Origin: Bacteroidales bacterium
GTDB taxonomy: Bacteria; Bacteroidota; Bacteroidia; Bacteroidales; UBA4417
Length of the DNA stretch: 39,430 nt
Direction of reading: 5' to 3'
Assembly: GCA_038249635.1 (NCBI GenBank)
Contig: JBBSDG010000002.1
Coordinates: 1 to 39,430 of the forward strand
Shown: in pieces, positions 36,718 through 39,430 of the stretch
Layout: the number at the start of each line of letters is the position of its first letter
How positions within the stretch are numbered: position 1 is the first letter of the stretch
Made by a program: the position numbers and the translations under genes
Notes under the pieces: model-generated
Told to the model about the DNA's origin: nothing
What the model saw: only the letters and a program-made list of their open reading frames with translations
Database searches by the model: none

Positions 36718-37314
36718 ATGGAATCAGAAGCTGATAATTTGCTTGAAAAGTTGAAGAATGGAGATAAAGATGCCTTTACCCGGATCTTTTATATTTATAA
36801 TTCAAGGCTGTCATATTTCGCCAAAGCTTATGTTATTGATGAGGACATTGCGGCAAACTTAGTTCAGGATGCATTCATTCAATTATGGGAAAACAAGAAG
36901 AAATTGAATGATAATACTTCGGTCGCTGCATACTTATATACCATTACGCGTAATAATTGCCTCAATTACCTGAAACACCAGCGGGTGGAGGCAAAATACC
37001 ATCAAAAGGTAATAAAAGATGGCCTTGAGTTAGAACTGAATTACGGAGCTTTGAGAAGCCTGGATTATGATTTATACGACTTTGAAGAAGTAGAGAAAAT
37101 AATTGATAAAACTATTGAGTTGCTTAGCCCGCAATGCAGACAGGTATTCACGATGAGCCGTTTTGAAAATCAGAGCAATGTTGAAATTGCCTCAAAATTG
37201 GATATTTCTGTCAAAGCCGTTGAAGCTAATATTACCCGTGCACTTAAAATATTCCGCACTGAACTAAAGGATTATCTCTCCTTGTTATTCTTTTTAGGAT
37301 TTCCATTTTTGTAG
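36718..37314 (+). CDS. ECF-type RNA polymerase sigma-70 family factor (PUL2)
   Basis: 198 aa. Region 2: 'FTRIFYIYNSRLSYFAKAYV...LVQDAFIQLWENKKKL'. Region 4: 'LSPQCRQVFTMSRFENQSNVEIASKLDISVKAVEANITRALK'. A fecR gene follows directly. Confidence 0.85.
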   Translation: MESEADNLLEKLKNGDKDAFTRIFYIYNSRLSYFAKAYVIDEDIAANLVQDAFIQLWENKKKLNDNTSVAAYLYTITRNNCLNYLKHQRVEAKYHQKVIKDGLELELNYGALRSLDYDLYDFEEVEKIIDKTIELLSPQCRQVFTMSRFENQSNVEIASKLDISVKAVEANITRALKIFRTELKDYLSLLFFLGFPFL

Positions 37315-37422
37315 GCTGATTTGATAGCTCAAAATAAAATCAAGAGTTTTTTTATAAATTAATCACTTCACTATATAGGGTTGAGGTGGATTTAGTTGTT
37401 TCATTAAAAGAAAGGAAAAAAG

Positions 37423-38424
37423 ATGAAAGAAAGTGAAATTATAGACTTTTTAACAGGGAATGCAGATGCTGACCAAAAGCCTCTGATATTGGACTGGATT
37501 AACAGTTCGGATGAAAATCGTGAAGAGTTCTACAAGTTAAAAAACCTTATGGCACTCACAGGCAAAACGACTGAAGAAGATCAAAAAACAGAAAAGGACT
37601 TGAGCCTTCTGTTTGGAAAAATTTCGAAACAGCAACGAACTGTTCGAATGCGGATGCTTACAACTGTTTTGAAATATGCCGCTGTTGTATTTGTTACCTT
37701 GTTCGTTTTCAGGTTCCTTGTTCCATCGTCAATAAAAATGCCAATTGACAATAAGTGGCTTGAAGTTACAACCCAATCGGGCCAGACTGCACAGATTTCT
37801 TTACCCGATGGCACTAAAGTATGGCTCAATTCGCGGACTAACATTAAATATCCGACTTCTTTCTCAGCGAAAAACAGGGAAGTGACCATTTTGGGCGAAG
37901 CATTTTTTAATGTGACACATGATGCTAATTCTCCATTTCTTGTTCATACTCAGAACTACAGTATAAAAGTACTTGGTACAAGCTTTAATGTTTCGGCATA
38001 TAAAGGAGACAAACTAAGTGAGACAACTCTTATTGAAGGGAAAGTGACTTTGCTGGATAACAAAAATCGGGAACTCAAAAAACTGGAACCAGGACAGCTC
38101 TTTCTCTATAATTCAATAAACAACTCCTTTAATATCAGCAATGTAAATACCGAGTATTATACTTCATGGAAAGAAGGTTATTATTCATTTGAAAAGGAAA
38201 AACTGGAAAATATAGCTTCAAAACTTGAAAGAATTTATTCGGTAAGGATTAACATCGCTGATGCAAAAACAAAAAATCTGAGCTTCACTGGTACAATTTT
38301 AAAAAACAAACCACTTGAACAAATATTGCGGATTATTGAGCTGACTGCCCCGGTTGAAATATCAGTTAGCCATCATTCAAGTGCAGAAGATGTAATTACA
38401 ATCAATCCAAAAAACAAGAAGTAA
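37423..38424 (+). CDS. FecR-family anti-sigma factor (PUL2)
   Basis: 333 aa with transmembrane segment 'VLKYAAVVFVTLFVFRFLV'. The FecR core 'GEAFFNVTHDANSPFLVHTQNYSIKVLGTSFNVSAYKGD' is present. Confidence 0.85.
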   Translation: MKESEIIDFLTGNADADQKPLILDWINSSDENREEFYKLKNLMALTGKTTEEDQKTEKDLSLLFGKISKQQRTVRMRMLTTVLKYAAVVFVTLFVFRFLVPSSIKMPIDNKWLEVTTQSGQTAQISLPDGTKVWLNSRTNIKYPTSFSAKNREVTILGEAFFNVTHDANSPFLVHTQNYSIKVLGTSFNVSAYKGDKLSETTLIEGKVTLLDNKNRELKKLEPGQLFLYNSINNSFNISNVNTEYYTSWKEGYYSFEKEKLENIASKLERIYSVRINIADAKTKNLSFTGTILKNKPLEQILRIIELTAPVEISVSHHSSAEDVITINPKNKK

Positions 38425-38455
38425 TTGGAATTAACAGAACAAAACTAAAAACACC

Positions 38456-39430
38456 ATGGGAAACAAATACCTGCCAACCAGAATATTGCGTTATCAGTTC
38501 AGAATGCGGATTCTTGCAGTTTTAAGCATTTTACTTGCTAACTCCATTTCTTTGTCAGCACAGAATGCAGATAAAATATCGCTTAAAATAGATAATGCCA
38601 CCTATACGCAGATTTTTAAAGCGATAGAAAAGAAAACCAAATACGTGTTTTTTTACAACGATGAGATTTCAACTCAGGCACAGAAATTAAGTATTAATGA
38701 GTCAAATCTTTCGATAGATGAGCTACTCAAGGCCGTTTTGAAAAACAGCGATCTCAGCTTCAAGATCATGGATGAAGTTATTGTTATTACTAAAAACTCA
38801 AAAACACTTGAAAAATCAGAAAAGAAAACCATAAAAGGGTCAGTATCCGATGCTGCTGATAAATCTCCGCTAATTGGTGCCACTGTTTTGGTAAAAGGAA
38901 CCGTAAACGGAGCTATTACTGATATCAATGGGAATTTTTCATTTCAGGTTCAGTATCCTGCTTCAGCCGTAATTGAAATTTCAATGATCGGATATGAGAA
39001 AAAAATAGTCGCTGCCAATGTAGCGGGGTTTATGAATATTACTCTGGCAATGGCTGCCAAAAATCTGGAGGAAGTAGTTGTTATTGGGTATGGAATGCAG
39101 AAAAAAAGAGACATAATAGGATCGGTTTCCTCCATTAATATGAACGAAATGAAATCGAAAACCATGACCACATTTGATGCAGGCCTTCAGGGTATCGCTG
39201 CCGGGGTGTCAGTTCAATCGCAGGGTGGAGCACCGGGGGCATCAAGCATTATCAAAATCAGGGGGGCAAACTCCATTAATTCAAGTACCGATCCGCTTTG
39301 GATTATTGATGGTATGCCGGTTTACAGCAGTCCGAGTGGGTTAGGAGCATCAAATCTTAACCCAATGTCGCTTATTAACCCGAATGACATTGAAAGCATT
39401 CAGGTTTTAAAAGATGCAGCAGCTACTTCT
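38456..39430 (+). CDS. susC: SusC/RagA-family TonB-dependent transporter with STN domain, 5' part (runs off the right edge)
   Basis: Manual translation from the ATG at 38456 is open for 325 codons to the window end: MGNKYLPTRILRYQFRMRILAVLSILLANSISLSAQNADKISLKIDNATYTQIFKAIEKKTKYVFFY... (STN-like). It continues '...IKGSVSDAADKSPLIGATVLVKGTVNGAITDINGNFSF' (carboxypeptidase-regulatory-like) and '...EEVVVIGYGMQKKRDIIGS...IQVLKDAAATS' (plug). It is absent from the ORF track because it has no stop codon. An alternative start is at 38504. Confidence 0.85.
   Translation, partial: MGNKYLPTRILRYQFRMRILAVLSILLANSISLSAQNADKISLKIDNATYTQIFKAIEKKTKYVFFYNDEISTQAQKLSINESNLSIDELLKAVLKNSDLSFKIMDEVIVITKNSKTLEKSEKKTIKGSVSDAADKSPLIGATVLVKGTVNGAITDINGNFSFQVQYPASAVIEISMIGYEKKIVAANVAGFMNITLAMAAKNLEEVVVIGYGMQKKRDIIGSVSSINMNEMKSKTMTTFDAGLQGIAAGVSVQSQGGAPGASSIIKIRGANSINSSTDPLWIIDGMPVYSSPSGLGASNLNPMSLINPNDIESIQVLKDAAATS

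Noticed and set aside
38674-39171. Two minus-strand ORFs of 84 aa and 73 aa near the right edge.
   Set aside because: They lie antisense to a clear 325-codon open frame encoding the N-terminus of an STN-type SusC (38456 to the window end). The ORF track omitted that frame because it has no stop codon.
1-39430. Searches by eye for CRISPR arrays, tRNA/rRNA genes, integrases, toxin-antitoxin pairs, restriction-modification or other defence systems, and long tandem repeats.
   Set aside because: I found no regularly spaced repeats, no cloverleaf-like or rRNA-like conserved segments, and no ORFs with nuclease, ATPase, methylase or recombinase motifs apart from the decayed transposase. A covariance-model or HMM scan would be needed to exclude small RNAs.

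Overview
This window looks like a Bacteroidota chromosomal segment: it has SusC/SusD pairs, FecR/ECF-sigma signalling genes and AT-rich intergenic DNA. All family calls below come from reading the translated ORFs for conserved motifs. No database search was run.

Layout:
- **PUL1 (about 364-30309, all on the minus strand).** This is one roughly 30 kb polysaccharide utilization locus. Gene order is fecR, susC (with STN signalling domain), susD, a hairpin, a GH105/88::DUF4861-like fusion, a secreted RraA-fold protein, a secreted VOC-fold protein and eda. A 426 bp gap follows, then a solitary ECF sigma, then a 252 bp gap. Next come GH10, GH3 with a PA14 insert, a GH39-like clan GH-A enzyme, a truncated beta-helix protein and a GH31-like enzyme. 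After a 192 bp gap come a 174-aa orphan, a sialate-O-acetylesterase-like esterase, a double-SIS protein, a GH38-like enzyme, GH3, GH92 and a 145-aa secreted mini-ORF.
- **Upstream of fecR.** Where a cognate sigma gene normally sits there is instead a decayed IS5-family transposase relic (30561-30948). Next to it is a 146-bp nested-palindrome, MITE-like element (31045-31190).
- **Plus strand.** A D-lactate dehydrogenase (Dld-II type) and lactate permease pair occupies 31281-35743. A gap of about 1 kb with no convincing gene follows. A second PUL then starts in the canonical order sigma, fecR, susC (36718-39430), and its susC runs off the right edge.

I saw no rRNA, tRNA, CRISPR array or recognisable defence or toxin-antitoxin system.

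The most unusual content:
- the secreted RraA-fold and VOC-fold enzymes, together with the GH105::DUF4861 fusion and eda, with no visible KduI/KduD/KdgK;
- the physical separation of the sigma and anti-sigma genes, with a transposase relic at the expected sigma position;
- a cytoplasmic 174-aa orphan next to a SIS protein;
- several truncated or mosaic gene remnants.

None of these is proven novel from sequence alone.
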